This document shows, one piece after another, positions 51,020-61,259 of a stretch of 64,000 nucleotides of DNA; the first letter of the stretch is position 1, and each line of letters starts with the position of its first letter. This DNA is from a virus: the IMG/VR virus record IMGVR_UViG_3300033144_003384, positions 19,757 through 83,756 of that record; one strand, written 5' to 3'. The position numbers and the translations under genes are program-made. The notes under the pieces are model-generated. The model was not told where the DNA came from and did not search any database. It worked only from the letters and a program-made list of their open reading frames with translations.

Positions 51020-52681
51020 ATGGCTAACGAAAAGCAAGAGCAGGTTGAGACGACCTTAGAAACGACCGAAGAGGTTGAGGCTAAGACCGTCGAAGAAACG
51101 GTCGAGATTGATCTTGACGCGCTCGTTGCGCAGATGGAATCTGGGGTACTTGAGGTCAAGTTTTCCGACGAGGAAGATGCCGTTAACGACGTGAAGTCGG
51201 AAGACGAAGAAGAAACCGACGAGAAGGCCGAAGAGACCGAAGTCGAGGTCAAGGACGATGCACAAACGGACAGCCTGGAAGAAACACTCGACGAAACCGA
51301 AACCAAGGACGACGACGAACTGGAAGTCGAAGTCGAGGAGAACGACGAAGAAATAGAAGTCAAGACCGAGGATGAAGAAGTCGAAGAAAAGACCGGCGAA
51401 TCCGAGGAAGTAGACGAAGTTGTCGAAGTCGAGGAGAAGGCTGAAGGCGACGAAGAGGTCGAAGAGAAGGCCGAGACCGAAGAGACCGAAGTCAAGGACG
51501 ATGAGGAAGAAGTCGAGGAGAAAGCTTCTCCCGAAGGTCTAGAAACCACAGATGTCACAGAAGACTCTGAGGTTCCCGAAACTCAGAACGACGAACGCAA
51601 AGATGCACTTGTCGCCGAGATGTCCGAACTCGCCGAACTCGTTGAAGAGGTCGAAGAAAAGAACGACGACGTTGAAGACATCGAAGTCAAAGATGAGAAC
51701 GAAGAAGTCGAGACGAAGGTAATCGAACTCAACGAATTCGAGATCAAGCGACTCACCTCTATGGGCATGGACGAAACGGAAATCAAAGAACTCCCCAGCG
51801 ATTCTTTTGTTTGTTCCGTAGAGCGCAAGGCGCTCCAAGCTCCGTGCGACTTCTGCCGAGGCGGCTGCGCTTCCGAAGACGGACTCCCGTCGCTCCTTGA
51901 GGTCGAGGGCCGTGCAGAAAAGGATGCAGGCGGTATCGTCGTCGGCTCCGGATACGAACCCACGCATGACGTGTTTATCGTGGACGTGAAGCGCGAGTCC
52001 GAAGAAGACCTGGTTGAGCTTGTCTATACGGGCGCAGGAGAGTTGTGGCAGTGGAAGAAGCTTGAAGTCGAAGGCGAGATTGACGAGAAAGCACTCCAGT
52101 CAACCGCAATCGTCTCCATGGCCGACGCGCAAGACATTGCACTCAAGTCTTTCAACGGAATATCAGTTGGGGTTTACCCCGACAGGTTCCAAGGCGAACT
52201 CGACGTTTACGTTGTCGAAATTGAAGGCAAGGACGGCAAGGACGTTGACGTGTACGTCGACCTCTCGGGAGAAGTCGTTGCTTACGACGAATACGCTGAC
52301 GATCGCGTTGAAGACGACCCAGAAATCAAGGCACTCGAAGATGAAATCGCTGGAGCCAGGGCCGCCCTTGAACTCAAGCGCATGTTCACAGCCGAGCGTC
52401 GTGCTGAACTCGCCGAAGAGGGCGACGCCCTCCCAGACGGTTCGTTCCCGATTGTAAACGAAGGCGATCTTCGTAATGCCGTACAGGCAGCCGGTCGGGC
52501 GAAGGATCAAGAAAAGGTGAAGAGGCATATCAAGAAGCGTGCCCGTGAACTCGATCGCACAGACCTCCTTCCGGACGCATGGAAGAGTGAGCACAGTGTT
52601 GTCGTGGACAATGAGGACGACCCAAGCTTGGCGGAACAGATCGCCGAGTTCGAAGCCCTCGCGGCAGAGCTAGGAGAATAA
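51020..52681 (+). CDS. highly acidic scaffold-like/internal head protein
   Basis: E/D-rich repeats, PepSY-like segments, ALPDGSFPI motif; located in head module. Confidence 0.6.
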   Translation: MANEKQEQVETTLETTEEVEAKTVEETVEIDLDALVAQMESGVLEVKFSDEEDAVNDVKSEDEEETDEKAEETEVEVKDDAQTDSLEETLDETETKDDDELEVEVEENDEEIEVKTEDEEVEEKTGESEEVDEVVEVEEKAEGDEEVEEKAETEETEVKDDEEEVEEKASPEGLETTDVTEDSEVPETQNDERKDALVAEMSELAELVEEVEEKNDDVEDIEVKDENEEVETKVIELNEFEIKRLTSMGMDETEIKELPSDSFVCSVERKALQAPCDFCRGGCASEDGLPSLLEVEGRAEKDAGGIVVGSGYEPTHDVFIVDVKRESEEDLVELVYTGAGELWQWKKLEVEGEIDEKALQSTAIVSMADAQDIALKSFNGISVGVYPDRFQGELDVYVVEIEGKDGKDVDVYVDLSGEVVAYDEYADDRVEDDPEIKALEDEIAGARAALELKRMFTAERRAELAEEGDALPDGSFPIVNEGDLRNAVQAAGRAKDQEKVKRHIKKRARELDRTDLLPDAWKSEHSVVVDNEDDPSLAEQIAEFEALAAELGE

Positions 52682-52683
52682 TT

Positions 52684-52911
52684 GTGAAGAAGGTAGCCCA
52701 GTTCAGTGACAAGCACGGCCAAGTAGCTGCTGCTGGTGATGTCGTCAAGAAGCGCGTAGCTCCGGGCGTCACCATGAAGGCGGCACCAAAGCCATTCACC
52801 ATGAAGGCGGCACCAAAGCCAAAGGCCGAGAAGCCAAAGGCCAAGAAGCCAAAGGCCGAGAAGCCAAAGGCCGAGAAAAAGGCAGTCGATAAGGCAAATT
52901 CCGACGAGTGA
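52684..52911 (+). CDS. Lys/Ala/Pro-rich histone-H1-like small protein
   Basis: TMKAAPKP x2 and KPKA(E/K) x4 encoded by tandem DNA repeats (about 52788-52876). Confidence 0.65.
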   Translation: MKKVAQFSDKHGQVAAAGDVVKKRVAPGVTMKAAPKPFTMKAAPKPKAEKPKAKKPKAEKPKAEKKAVDKANSDE

Positions 52912-52931
52912 ACGGACCCTACGGGGACTAA

Positions 52932-55900
52932 ATGGATGATCTAAAGGTAAAAGCACCTTCGGTCGACCCTCGTGCTGGAATTCCTCAGGAACGAATCACT
53001 GGCGATATTCTTCGCGGTCACGGCCCGCGTCGTGGCAACCTGGAAGACCTCTTGAAGTACTGGCGACCCATCATGCGAAAGCCCGGTGGGTTTCGTCGGT
53101 GCCTGGTGATTCTCGCTGACCACCCTGAGCTTTATCCGCTCCCGCCCCTATGTGCGTGGCTTCACCACGAGACAACGGGCAAGTGGCCAAACGAAGGAAA
53201 CCATCACGGCGGTGTCAGAAAGCGTCGCAGCGGTCGACGCTCTGTGCGGCGTGTTATTCGGCGTGCCCGAAAAAGCGAAGAAATCGGTGGCATTCCAATT
53301 GACGAGCGTGCCTTCATGGCCGACACGTCGTCCATCATGTCGAAACCTGTCGGGTTCGGCAATCAAACACTTGTTGAATACAAGGCAAGCCGTTTCCTTC
53401 GCGGAGCTGCTTCCGCATTTCTTCCAGGTGAACGTCACATGTTTCGCATTTCGCCAACTCGACGTATTGCATTCAGTTTGATCGCACCCGGCGGTAGAAA
53501 CAACCCCCTCATCGGTGTCGGTCTACCTGGCCGTATTGGCGGTTCTGGACGTGGATTTCGATGCCCTCCTGGATTTGAACACGGCGGCAAGTTCACCGAC
53601 GCACGGTTCTCTACTTGCGGTTCCCAACTGTTCGCGACTCCTGGGGCGAAGAAGCCGATCAAAGAAACCCTCCGGACTGTGCAAGGCGCGGTTCGTACAG
53701 AGACAATCGGTAGCAGTTCGGGTCGAGCGAAACGTCGCGACCGTGCTGGCAGCAACCTTGTCAAGCCAGTCAAAGACACTGTAAAGCTTCCAGAGAATGC
53801 AGCTATCGTCCCAGGGCGCAGCCGAACAAACATCGCGAAGCAGGATTCCACAACCAACAAGCTTGCAGCTGCCTTAGCTAAAGCGCCAGCCAGCCAGAGG
53901 GGCGCACGTCGTGTTATCAGAAGCGACGGCGCTGTTCTCGTTCCGGCAGCAAGTGTCGCGAAGCTTGCGTCACAAAGAGACAACGATGACCTCAAGGACG
54001 CAACCTACCTTTCAAGGATCGACCGTCCAATCGAGTTTGGTGGACCCGAACTTGACCTTCTGCGTGCAGATGTACGAAAGATTTCGTTTGTTCTTCCTGG
54101 AGGCACAGTTGTTGAGGTTGTGCGAAACGGGAAAATCAACAGAGCCGAGTATGAAAAGATCAAAAAGGCGGCGTTTGCGCGAGCCGTCAACAAGCCCGAC
54201 ATTCCTGACATCAACCCCGCCCGTCGGTTGACACAAGCAGCTGCGGCTACAACGAAACTCAAGTTCCAAGTTAAGCCAGCAAAAAGCATTCCGGCACCGC
54301 GGCGTCTGATCACAGTACAAAGAGGAACCGCCAGTAGGACAGTCCCGCGATGGGTGTTTGAAACGTTCCTTGCACAAAGCGCGCCCGGTCGACCGAAGAA
54401 CGTCAAGCCGTACAAGTTTGTGGGCGTCGTCGGAAAATCTTTCCCCAACGACTTCGATCCGTTCGAATGGACGTCGAAGAGATTCAAGGATTTAGATGTT
54501 GGTATCGGGAAACCGTGGCACTTTGACGATCCGTCGGCGTGGGGCCCGCTAAATTACACAGCCTCCCCGATTCCCCACGATGACAGTTACCACGCATCAA
54601 TGGCGTTCAAGGCGGCAGCATTTACGCGAGGCCAAACTGACCCGTTTGAGGGTCTTGAAGTTAAGAAGGTTGTGTTTGACCGTGCTATTGGAAGGTTTCG
54701 CTGTCCTCCGGGTTCTGTGAATGGCGGACAGTTGACTAACCGTCAGGGCCTTGGTTGTGGTGGTGGGGCGGCGGGGGCGATTCGTCGTGCGATTGGGCAG
54801 GTGGCTTCGGGGGCAGCGAACGTCATTGATGTCACGAATCGCAATGAACGTGGGGGTGGGCCTGTGCAGCGTGTCCGTCCGGACACTCCTTCTGCTCCGA
54901 AGCCTCGCCGTCGTGGCAAGCTTCGTGACCGGGCTGCGGATGCAATTGATCTAACTAACAAGCCTCGCCGTCGCCGCGGTCGTGTCCGTGACCGTCTTGC
55001 GGATCAGCTTGATGTAACTGGTCAACCCGAGAGGCGTCGCGGTAAGCTTCGTGACCGTTTTGCTGATGTGCTTGATCTTACGAATGTGCCGAGGAAGGAC
55101 CGCAAGAAGGAACGCGGCAAGCTTCGTGAGCGGCTAGCAAACCTTATCGACCCAGAGGCTGTGCGTAGAGATAGGGCAAAGAAGAACCGACCCGGTTGGA
55201 TTGGATTTGACGGAGCTGTGGGACACGACCGCGTAAACGATCACCTTCCTGTTGCTTTGCGTAACGAGAGAGACAATCTTGTTCGTAAGTGGGAAGACCG
55301 TGTTGATGGTGCCTACGAGCACGAAAAGGCACGTCGTTGGCTGCAGGCGAACAAGGACGAGATGTCTGAGAGTACTTATGAGCGCGAGATTGACGAAATT
55401 ATCGACATTGGTTTCCTCGACAACGCGATAGAGAAGAACACCCATTCCGATCAGGTAGATATTGTTGACCAGCTTGAGGGGCCTGTCTTCGAACGCATTC
55501 TTGCCGATATGCGTAGGGAAGATGCTGACCGTTTGAGGTTGTCGAATGAGCGGAGAGCCCGGTTGGGTCGGGAAGAGGCTGCGGCAAATCTTCGTGGGGA
55601 ACCAGTTGGGGACGTTGATGCAGATGTGTTTGCTATCCCAATTGCGGATGCAGACCTCATATCTCAGCCTGGTCGCAGAGAAGAAAAAAGACGTATCGAC
55701 AAGCATGTTGGATACGGGGAGAGGGTTCAGAACAAGATCAACGAGGCCGAAGGCGCTGACGATATTGCCAACATCCTTGATGATGTTGCGAAGGCGCGCG
55801 ACAGTTATCAGAAGAAAGCTGACCTGAACAAGAAGCAACGTCAGGACGCTATCGACCGCGGAGACGAGGCTGCCGCTAAGCGATACTTGAGGTTGTGGGC

Positions 55901-57362
55901 CGGGAATCAATCCATCGCCAAGGTTTACGACGACATCAATACACAAAACCGTCACCGTATTGTTGGCCTACGGCGCGTTGAAGAAGCCAACAATGCTGGC
56001 AATAAGCGCGCATTCAAAGATTTGAATGACATGCGTAGCGTGACGCTCGATGAACAGCAGTCGAAGCGAGTTGATCAGGTGTTTAAAGAGCTTGTCGATA
56101 TCGACGACATTGCTGAACTTGATAGCCGCATCAAGAATCTTCAAGCCGCACAAGACGCTGCGGAAGAGAGGGTTCACCTGCGCGACCAAGACCTTGCCGG
56201 AGATAGCCTATCTGCCGAGCAGGTTGCTGACATTATTGAGCAGCGTGCCGTGGCAGGACAAGATTACGAAGCGGCACGTCGAGCAATTGTCGGAGCGAAT
56301 GAACGGCTTCGGGAAATTAAGTTTGGCTCTGGCGGAGAACAGGGCCCGCTTCCCGATTTTGGCAAACCGGATCGTAAGGATAATGCTTTCGGGGAGTTCG
56401 ACGAACTCGACAGGCCGCTAATCACCCACGTTGAAGTCGGCAACGTTGGTATTAATAATTCGGATGAGGCAAAGCTCTATCTTGAACGCGGCGGTGCCAT
56501 TAGGGACGTTCCGGATGTTTTCCTTGCTGATGCAATAAAGGCAAATCCGGCGAGGTTCACGGAGCAGCATGGCGGAAAGGGTGCAAATGAAGAACACTTC
56601 ATATATGTTGATCGGGAAACTAAAGATTACATTTCTGTTAAAACCGGAATGGGTGGTCCGCACGAAGCTGCGGCAGAGATCGCCGCAAACAGTATTGGCG
56701 CACAACTTGGGATGCCAATGCAGCCAATGCGATTTGTGACAAGCCCCAACAGGGGGAGGGGTACGGTCATTTATCAGTGGGCTGGAAGCCACTGGAATGC
56801 AGGCAATCAGAAGCACCGCGGTGGTGCTGGCATTATTCCGAACTGGGATGCAGGGGATGATCCAGTGACCAAGACGCGCCTAATCGTGATGGATTACCTG
56901 ATGGGCCATACAGACAGACATTATGCGAACGTTCTGTTTGGGACAGGTGGTGACGGCAAGACGCAAGTTATTCCCCTCGATAACGGACTCGGGTTCAACA
57001 TGTCTCCGGGCCGAGAAAGTAGGGCATTCAAGCCAGGATCAACACTTCCGAAACTCTTTGCAAAGAATGCGGGCGGGAACGACTTGTTCTTAGCCCAGCT
57101 TGCCTCGCTCAAGAAGGGCGTAAACGACGGAACGCTTGATCGGAATGAAGTTGTTGACCAATTCTTAGACGCACAGCGCAGAATTTCAGCTGCTGGCGAC
57201 TACCTTGACCTTGGTGGTGCTGGCCTGATAGATTCGTTGCCATCTGGCTATGCGAGGGAGCAGGGGGGCATGAATGTTTCTCAAATTAACGACTTCTACA
57301 AGCAGCACAGCGAACTGTTCCTACAATTGACACGTCAAGACTTTATTGATATGCTGAGCTAG
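52932..57362 (+). CDS. 1476-aa head-module protein with C-terminal HipA/PI3-4-kinase-like domain
   Basis: SVK, AAEI, DYLMGHTDRHYANVL, IPLDNG; two FRCPPG..GG..T....C motifs. Confidence 0.75.
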   Translation: MDDLKVKAPSVDPRAGIPQERITGDILRGHGPRRGNLEDLLKYWRPIMRKPGGFRRCLVILADHPELYPLPPLCAWLHHETTGKWPNEGNHHGGVRKRRSGRRSVRRVIRRARKSEEIGGIPIDERAFMADTSSIMSKPVGFGNQTLVEYKASRFLRGAASAFLPGERHMFRISPTRRIAFSLIAPGGRNNPLIGVGLPGRIGGSGRGFRCPPGFEHGGKFTDARFSTCGSQLFATPGAKKPIKETLRTVQGAVRTETIGSSSGRAKRRDRAGSNLVKPVKDTVKLPENAAIVPGRSRTNIAKQDSTTNKLAAALAKAPASQRGARRVIRSDGAVLVPAASVAKLASQRDNDDLKDATYLSRIDRPIEFGGPELDLLRADVRKISFVLPGGTVVEVVRNGKINRAEYEKIKKAAFARAVNKPDIPDINPARRLTQAAAATTKLKFQVKPAKSIPAPRRLITVQRGTASRTVPRWVFETFLAQSAPGRPKNVKPYKFVGVVGKSFPNDFDPFEWTSKRFKDLDVGIGKPWHFDDPSAWGPLNYTASPIPHDDSYHASMAFKAAAFTRGQTDPFEGLEVKKVVFDRAIGRFRCPPGSVNGGQLTNRQGLGCGGGAAGAIRRAIGQVASGAANVIDVTNRNERGGGPVQRVRPDTPSAPKPRRRGKLRDRAADAIDLTNKPRRRRGRVRDRLADQLDVTGQPERRRGKLRDRFADVLDLTNVPRKDRKKERGKLRERLANLIDPEAVRRDRAKKNRPGWIGFDGAVGHDRVNDHLPVALRNERDNLVRKWEDRVDGAYEHEKARRWLQANKDEMSESTYEREIDEIIDIGFLDNAIEKNTHSDQVDIVDQLEGPVFERILADMRREDADRLRLSNERRARLGREEAAANLRGEPVGDVDADVFAIPIADADLISQPGRREEKRRIDKHVGYGERVQNKINEAEGADDIANILDDVAKARDSYQKKADLNKKQRQDAIDRGDEAAAKRYLRLWAGNQSIAKVYDDINTQNRHRIVGLRRVEEANNAGNKRAFKDLNDMRSVTLDEQQSKRVDQVFKELVDIDDIAELDSRIKNLQAAQDAAEERVHLRDQDLAGDSLSAEQVADIIEQRAVAGQDYEAARRAIVGANERLREIKFGSGGEQGPLPDFGKPDRKDNAFGEFDELDRPLITHVEVGNVGINNSDEAKLYLERGGAIRDVPDVFLADAIKANPARFTEQHGGKGANEEHFIYVDRETKDYISVKTGMGGPHEAAAEIAANSIGAQLGMPMQPMRFVTSPNRGRGTVIYQWAGSHWNAGNQKHRGGAGIIPNWDAGDDPVTKTRLIVMDYLMGHTDRHYANVLFGTGGDGKTQVIPLDNGLGFNMSPGRESRAFKPGSTLPKLFAKNAGGNDLFLAQLASLKKGVNDGTLDRNEVVDQFLDAQRRISAAGDYLDLGGAGLIDSLPSGYAREQGGMNVSQINDFYKQHSELFLQLTRQDFIDMLS

Positions 57363-57369
57363 AGGACTT

Positions 57370-57675
57370 ATGAGAAAAATTGAATCAAACCTATACGCAA
57401 TTTGGAGAGAGCGTCCGAACGCCGCTGACTATATGGAAGCCGATGCAAGCAAAGCCAAGATAATCAGCATTTTCGTGCAGCCCGGTGGGCCAGAGACCTT
57501 CCGCATTTACGATGGTGACGGGAAAGATGCCGGAGGGGGCTTCCCCGATTCGGACAACAAATTCGGCATCTATGAGAATTTTCATGCCCAGGGAGAAGAC
57601 CCATACTGGGTAGTCGGGAAACTAGATGCCGCAGGGAAAAAGAAACTGAAAGACGAGTTCGGAATCAATGCCTAA
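57370..57675 (+). CDS. hypothetical protein (possible kinase partner)
   Basis: GAGGA RBS directly after the kinase gene. Confidence 0.6.
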   Translation: MRKIESNLYAIWRERPNAADYMEADASKAKIISIFVQPGGPETFRIYDGDGKDAGGGFPDSDNKFGIYENFHAQGEDPYWVVGKLDAAGKKKLKDEFGINA

Positions 57676-58165
57676 AGACCCCATCGACGGAGAAACGGTA
57701 GCGACCAGAGGCGCGGCACTAAAGATCGCCAAAACCCTGGGATGCGACGGTGCCCACAACACAGACGCAGGCTGGGTGCCATGCGAAAGCCGAGAAGCTT
57801 TACTCATCCTCATCCGCGAAGGCAAAGCCGGATACGAGGCATACCAAAAACGGCAGAAACGCAAAACACTTCAACAGAAATCCAAAGCCCGACGCACCGT
57901 AATCACCCCCCTTACTGAAGGCGAAGACGGGCGCAAAAAGTACCGACGTAAATACCGCCAAGGCGAACGCGGTCTCCCCTCGCCGCGAATCCTCAAGAAG
58001 AAACACGACCTCGTGTTCTACACAAACTCCACGATGCCGCAGGTCATCGAAAAAGACGCGCACGCGTCACCGACCACCGATAGTGGCGCAATCCTTGAAC
58101 GCCGACCTGCTCTCGACTATGAAGAAAAGATGATTGCCAAGGGGCTGTGGCAGGTTTCTGCCTAA
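57668..58165 (+). CDS. basic hypothetical protein
   Basis: A..LGC.G.H.....WVPC motif; overlaps upstream stop. Confidence 0.65.
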   Translation: MPKDPIDGETVATRGAALKIAKTLGCDGAHNTDAGWVPCESREALLILIREGKAGYEAYQKRQKRKTLQQKSKARRTVITPLTEGEDGRKKYRRKYRQGERGLPSPRILKKKHDLVFYTNSTMPQVIEKDAHASPTTDSGAILERRPALDYEEKMIAKGLWQVSA

Positions 58166-58324
58166 ATCTGTTAGTGATAGCAGATTTGCTTTTCATGAAT
58201 AGTTGCATTTAAAGAACCCCGTAGGGTGCTACTTTTATTTGGACCGCTACGGCTGGGTGCTTACCTAAGTCTCGTGAGTCGGCAAGAAACGTATAGCACA
58301 TATCGAAACAGGAGTTTCAAACCC

Positions 58325-59620
58325 ATGAGCTTTGACGAAAGTCGTTACAAGGAGCTTCAAGGCGTTCTCAACGAGAAGATGGCATCCAACAAGGAAATCG
58401 CCGACTCGTTCAAGATTGAAGATGACACCGTCATCGTCGATCGTGACCAGAAGGACGCCTTTGATCAGAACATGGTCGATATCAAGGACGTGAAGTCTTT
58501 GATTGACGGCATGGATGAGATGAAGCGGTTAGAAGACTGGGGCACAGAGGCAGCCGACGAATCAGTCGCAGCTGAAACCGCCGCAGCACAGTTCACTTCC
58601 ATCCCGCAAGCCAAGACCATTGGCCAGGCGTTCGTTGACTCGGAAGAGTTCAAGGCGCTTGCTGGTGGCAAGAATGGCGCAAACATGGCAGCCCCTTGGT
58701 CCTTCAAGACCGAGGATAACGTCATGGAGTACAAGGACGTTTACTCGACGTTGCCATCCGGCACGCCAGCAGCTTTCGGTCAGGTCCAGCGTGACCCGAT
58801 CGTTCTTCCTGCTGAGCGCAAGCATCGTGTTCGTGACCTTTTCCCGGTCCGTCGCACCAATGCTGCGATCGTTGAGTACTTCCGTCAGACTGGCTTCACG
58901 AACAACGCAGCCGCAGTTGGCGAATATGCCTCGGCTTCGTTCACAGCCAAGCCACAGTCGACCCTCGCATTTGAGGGCTTCCAGGCACCAGTTCGCACCC
59001 TTGCGCACTGGGAAGCAGCCCACCGTAACGTTCTAGCCGATGAACCGCAGCTTCGCTCGATCATCGACAACGAACTTCTCTACGGCCTGCGCCTAGAAGA
59101 GGACGACCAGATTCTCAACGGTGCTGGCACTGGCGAGAACCTTGAGGGAATCCTCGAAACCACGGGTATCCAGACCTATGCATGGTCTGCTGGTGCTTCC
59201 GCTCCGGTTTCGGACACGAAGGCAGATGCGATTCGTCGTGCAGCGACGCTTTCCTTCCTCGCCTACTACGAGCCGACCGGCGTCATTCTTCACCCGAATG
59301 ACTGGGAAGATATCGAGCTGACGAAGAACAGCAACGGGACCTACCTGATGGCTGTTTCGATTCAGCAAGGCGGAGAGGCACGTCTCTGGCGTATGCCTGT
59401 CGTTGACACTCCGGCGATCGCTGAGGGCACTGCTCTCATTGGTTCGTTCGGCGTTGGCGCACAGCTCTACGACCGTGAGTCCCCGAATATCCGTATCTCT
59501 GAGCAGCACGAAGACTTCTTCGTCAGGAACGCGATTGTCGTTCTTGCCGAGCAGCGTCTCGCCCTTGCGGTGAAGCGCCCTGAGTCCTTCGTTGAAGTCG
59601 ACTTCGACGCAGCTCCGTAA
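58325..59620 (+). CDS. major capsid protein (HK97 fold)
   Basis: VRDLFP, EEDDQILNGAGTGENLEGI, DFFVRNAIVVLAEQR..LAVKRPESF; AGGAG RBS. Confidence 0.93.
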   Translation: MSFDESRYKELQGVLNEKMASNKEIADSFKIEDDTVIVDRDQKDAFDQNMVDIKDVKSLIDGMDEMKRLEDWGTEAADESVAAETAAAQFTSIPQAKTIGQAFVDSEEFKALAGGKNGANMAAPWSFKTEDNVMEYKDVYSTLPSGTPAAFGQVQRDPIVLPAERKHRVRDLFPVRRTNAAIVEYFRQTGFTNNAAAVGEYASASFTAKPQSTLAFEGFQAPVRTLAHWEAAHRNVLADEPQLRSIIDNELLYGLRLEEDDQILNGAGTGENLEGILETTGIQTYAWSAGASAPVSDTKADAIRRAATLSFLAYYEPTGVILHPNDWEDIELTKNSNGTYLMAVSIQQGGEARLWRMPVVDTPAIAEGTALIGSFGVGAQLYDRESPNIRISEQHEDFFVRNAIVVLAEQRLALAVKRPESFVEVDFDAAP

Positions 59621-59638
59621 TCCGGACACAACCTAGAC

Positions 59639-59673
59639 AAGGGAAAGGGCCCCTTCGGGGGCCCTTTCCCTTT
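59639..59673. terminator. bidirectional intrinsic terminator
   Basis: AAGGGAAAGGGCCCC-TTCG-GGGGCCCTTTCCCTT between convergent genes. Confidence 0.85.
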
Positions 59674-59675
59674 GC

Positions 59676-60131
59676 TTACGACTTGAACGAGTCTGTGAAC
59701 ATGTCCGGCGGTGCCTTGTAGGCTTTGTTTCCGCAAAGGATGTTCCACAGAATCGAACCGACACGACCGTTCCCGTCGAGGAATGGGTGGATGAGTTCGA
59801 ATTCGTGATACCACTCGTCTGGAGTTAGCGCGTCCCTCGCATCTATAAGATTGCCAAGCAGCCTTTCGATCTGTGCGGCATCTGCTCCGAAGTTGAGGTG
59901 GCCACCGACGACGACCGGCACAATCCGGAAGCCGTACTTGTTCTTTGTGGACTCCACGACTCTTCCCATTTCTTTGACCATCTGGATGGAAATGTGGCTC
60001 TTGTCTGCCCAGTCAAACATCAGGGATGCATCTACTAGACGAGCAACGGATTCTTCTCCGCTGTGTTGACGTGCGCATTCGGCGGCTGCCCAGTCAACCC
60101 TCATCATCATGTCTTGTGTGTATCTCATCAT
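59676..60131 (-). CDS. Fic-domain protein
   Basis: HPFLDGNGRVG. Confidence 0.85.
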   Translation of the reverse strand: MMRYTQDMMMRVDWAAAECARQHSGEESVARLVDASLMFDWADKSHISIQMVKEMGRVVESTKNKYGFRIVPVVVGGHLNFGADAAQIERLLGNLIDARDALTPDEWYHEFELIHPFLDGNGRVGSILWNILCGNKAYKAPPDMFTDSFKS

Positions 60132-60192
60132 GTGGACATGATATCAGAAAGCCACCATGACGTCAAGGGATGTTAGAATTAAAAGAGCCGCC

Positions 60193-60774
60193 CTACTTGG
60201 CGGCTACTTCTTGGTACTGCTCGATCATTTCTGGTGAGTGTTGTTGTGCCCAGGTATAGAAATCCTGCCACAAACGAACCCCCTCCGGTTTGGGGAAGGG
60301 GTTTTGCGGGTCCTGCACCGTGAGGTTGTTCCACGTATTGTCGGTGGCGTCACCATTGATGTGGCGAATGTGGTGCCCATTGAGAAGGTCGCCCAGATGT
60401 TCATAGGCGACCGCACGGTGTTCTGATATCCGATTGGATATAGAGTCTGGATGACTTGGCCACTGGTATGTCACGTAGCCCTTTGATTCAAACCATCCTT
60501 CGGGAGTTCCGTATTTAGTAGTTGCTTCAGTAATTTCGGTGGGGGCTTTGGGGTGTAAGCCTGATGTCAGGGGGATTTGTCTGGGGCGTCCGCCGCCCTG
60601 TGTACCCGCTTGGGATGGGAGGTTGGAGGTTTGGAAACATGGCCTAGAACAGAATGATTGTTTCTTGGTTTCGCTCAGTCGCCGTTCAAACGATTTGCCG
60701 CATATGGGGTTTTCACAGGTGAGTTCTACCCATTGTGATCTTCTCTGGCCTGCGTCCTTTCGTGTGGTTCTCAA
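60193..60774 (-). CDS. Zn-finger + HNH endonuclease
   Basis: CENPICGKSF...FCSRPC; EHR...HINGDATDNTWNNL. Confidence 0.8.
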   Translation of the reverse strand: MRTTRKDAGQRRSQWVELTCENPICGKSFERRLSETKKQSFCSRPCFQTSNLPSQAGTQGGGRPRQIPLTSGLHPKAPTEITEATTKYGTPEGWFESKGYVTYQWPSHPDSISNRISEHRAVAYEHLGDLLNGHHIRHINGDATDNTWNNLTVQDPQNPFPKPEGVRLWQDFYTWAQQHSPEMIEQYQEVAAK

Positions 60775-60880
60775 AAGATTTCCAAAATAAGTGATTGTTC
60801 CGCTTGACTTTATGACCGTTCGTATAGTATACTACCATCTGGGTAGCTGGTCAACGATCAGTTCCTTACGAACATTATAC

Positions 60881-60962
60881 GCCTTGGTGGCGAAATTGGC
60901 AGACGCATTCGGCTCAAAACCGAACGGTTCACACCATGAGGGTTCGACTCCCTCCCGAGGCA
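60881..60962 (+). tRNA. tRNA-Leu(CAA)
   Basis: cloverleaf, loop CTCAAAA, long variable arm. Confidence 0.9.
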
Positions 60963-61041
60963 CAAGGCACCGAAAGGTGTTAGTCGACTGGAGAGAATAC
61001 TCCGACCGACGGTTTATTGATAATTGCATAGCGATCCAAAT

Positions 61042-61114
61042 GTGCTGGTAGCTCAGTGGCTAGAGCGCCGCGGTGACATCGCGGAAGTCGCTGGTTCAAA
61101 TCCAGCTCAGCACA
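61042..61114 (+). tRNA. tRNA-Val(GAC)
   Basis: cloverleaf, loop GTGACAT. Confidence 0.9.
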
Positions 61115-61176
61115 CTGGGAACAGGAAGCAGATCACGCAGTAGTGGGGTCGGCTCATAACACACCTGTTCCCTCTT

Positions 61177-61259
61177 ACAGATGTGGCGGAACAGTAGACG
61201 CGTCAGGTTGAGAGCCTGGTAGGGGCAACTCTGTGCAGGTGCGAATCCTGTCATCTGTA
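61177..61259 (+). tRNA. tRNA-Leu(GAG)
   Basis: cloverleaf, loop TTGAGAG, T-loop TGCGAAT. Confidence 0.85.

Noticed and set aside
46953-52594. Long minus-strand ORFs opposite portal, protease and acidic protein
   Set aside because: Antisense shadows of well-supported + strand genes
61117-61172. tRNA-Met (contains GGCTCATAAC)
   Set aside because: Only a 9-bp hairpin enclosing the motif; no anticodon stem or T-arm
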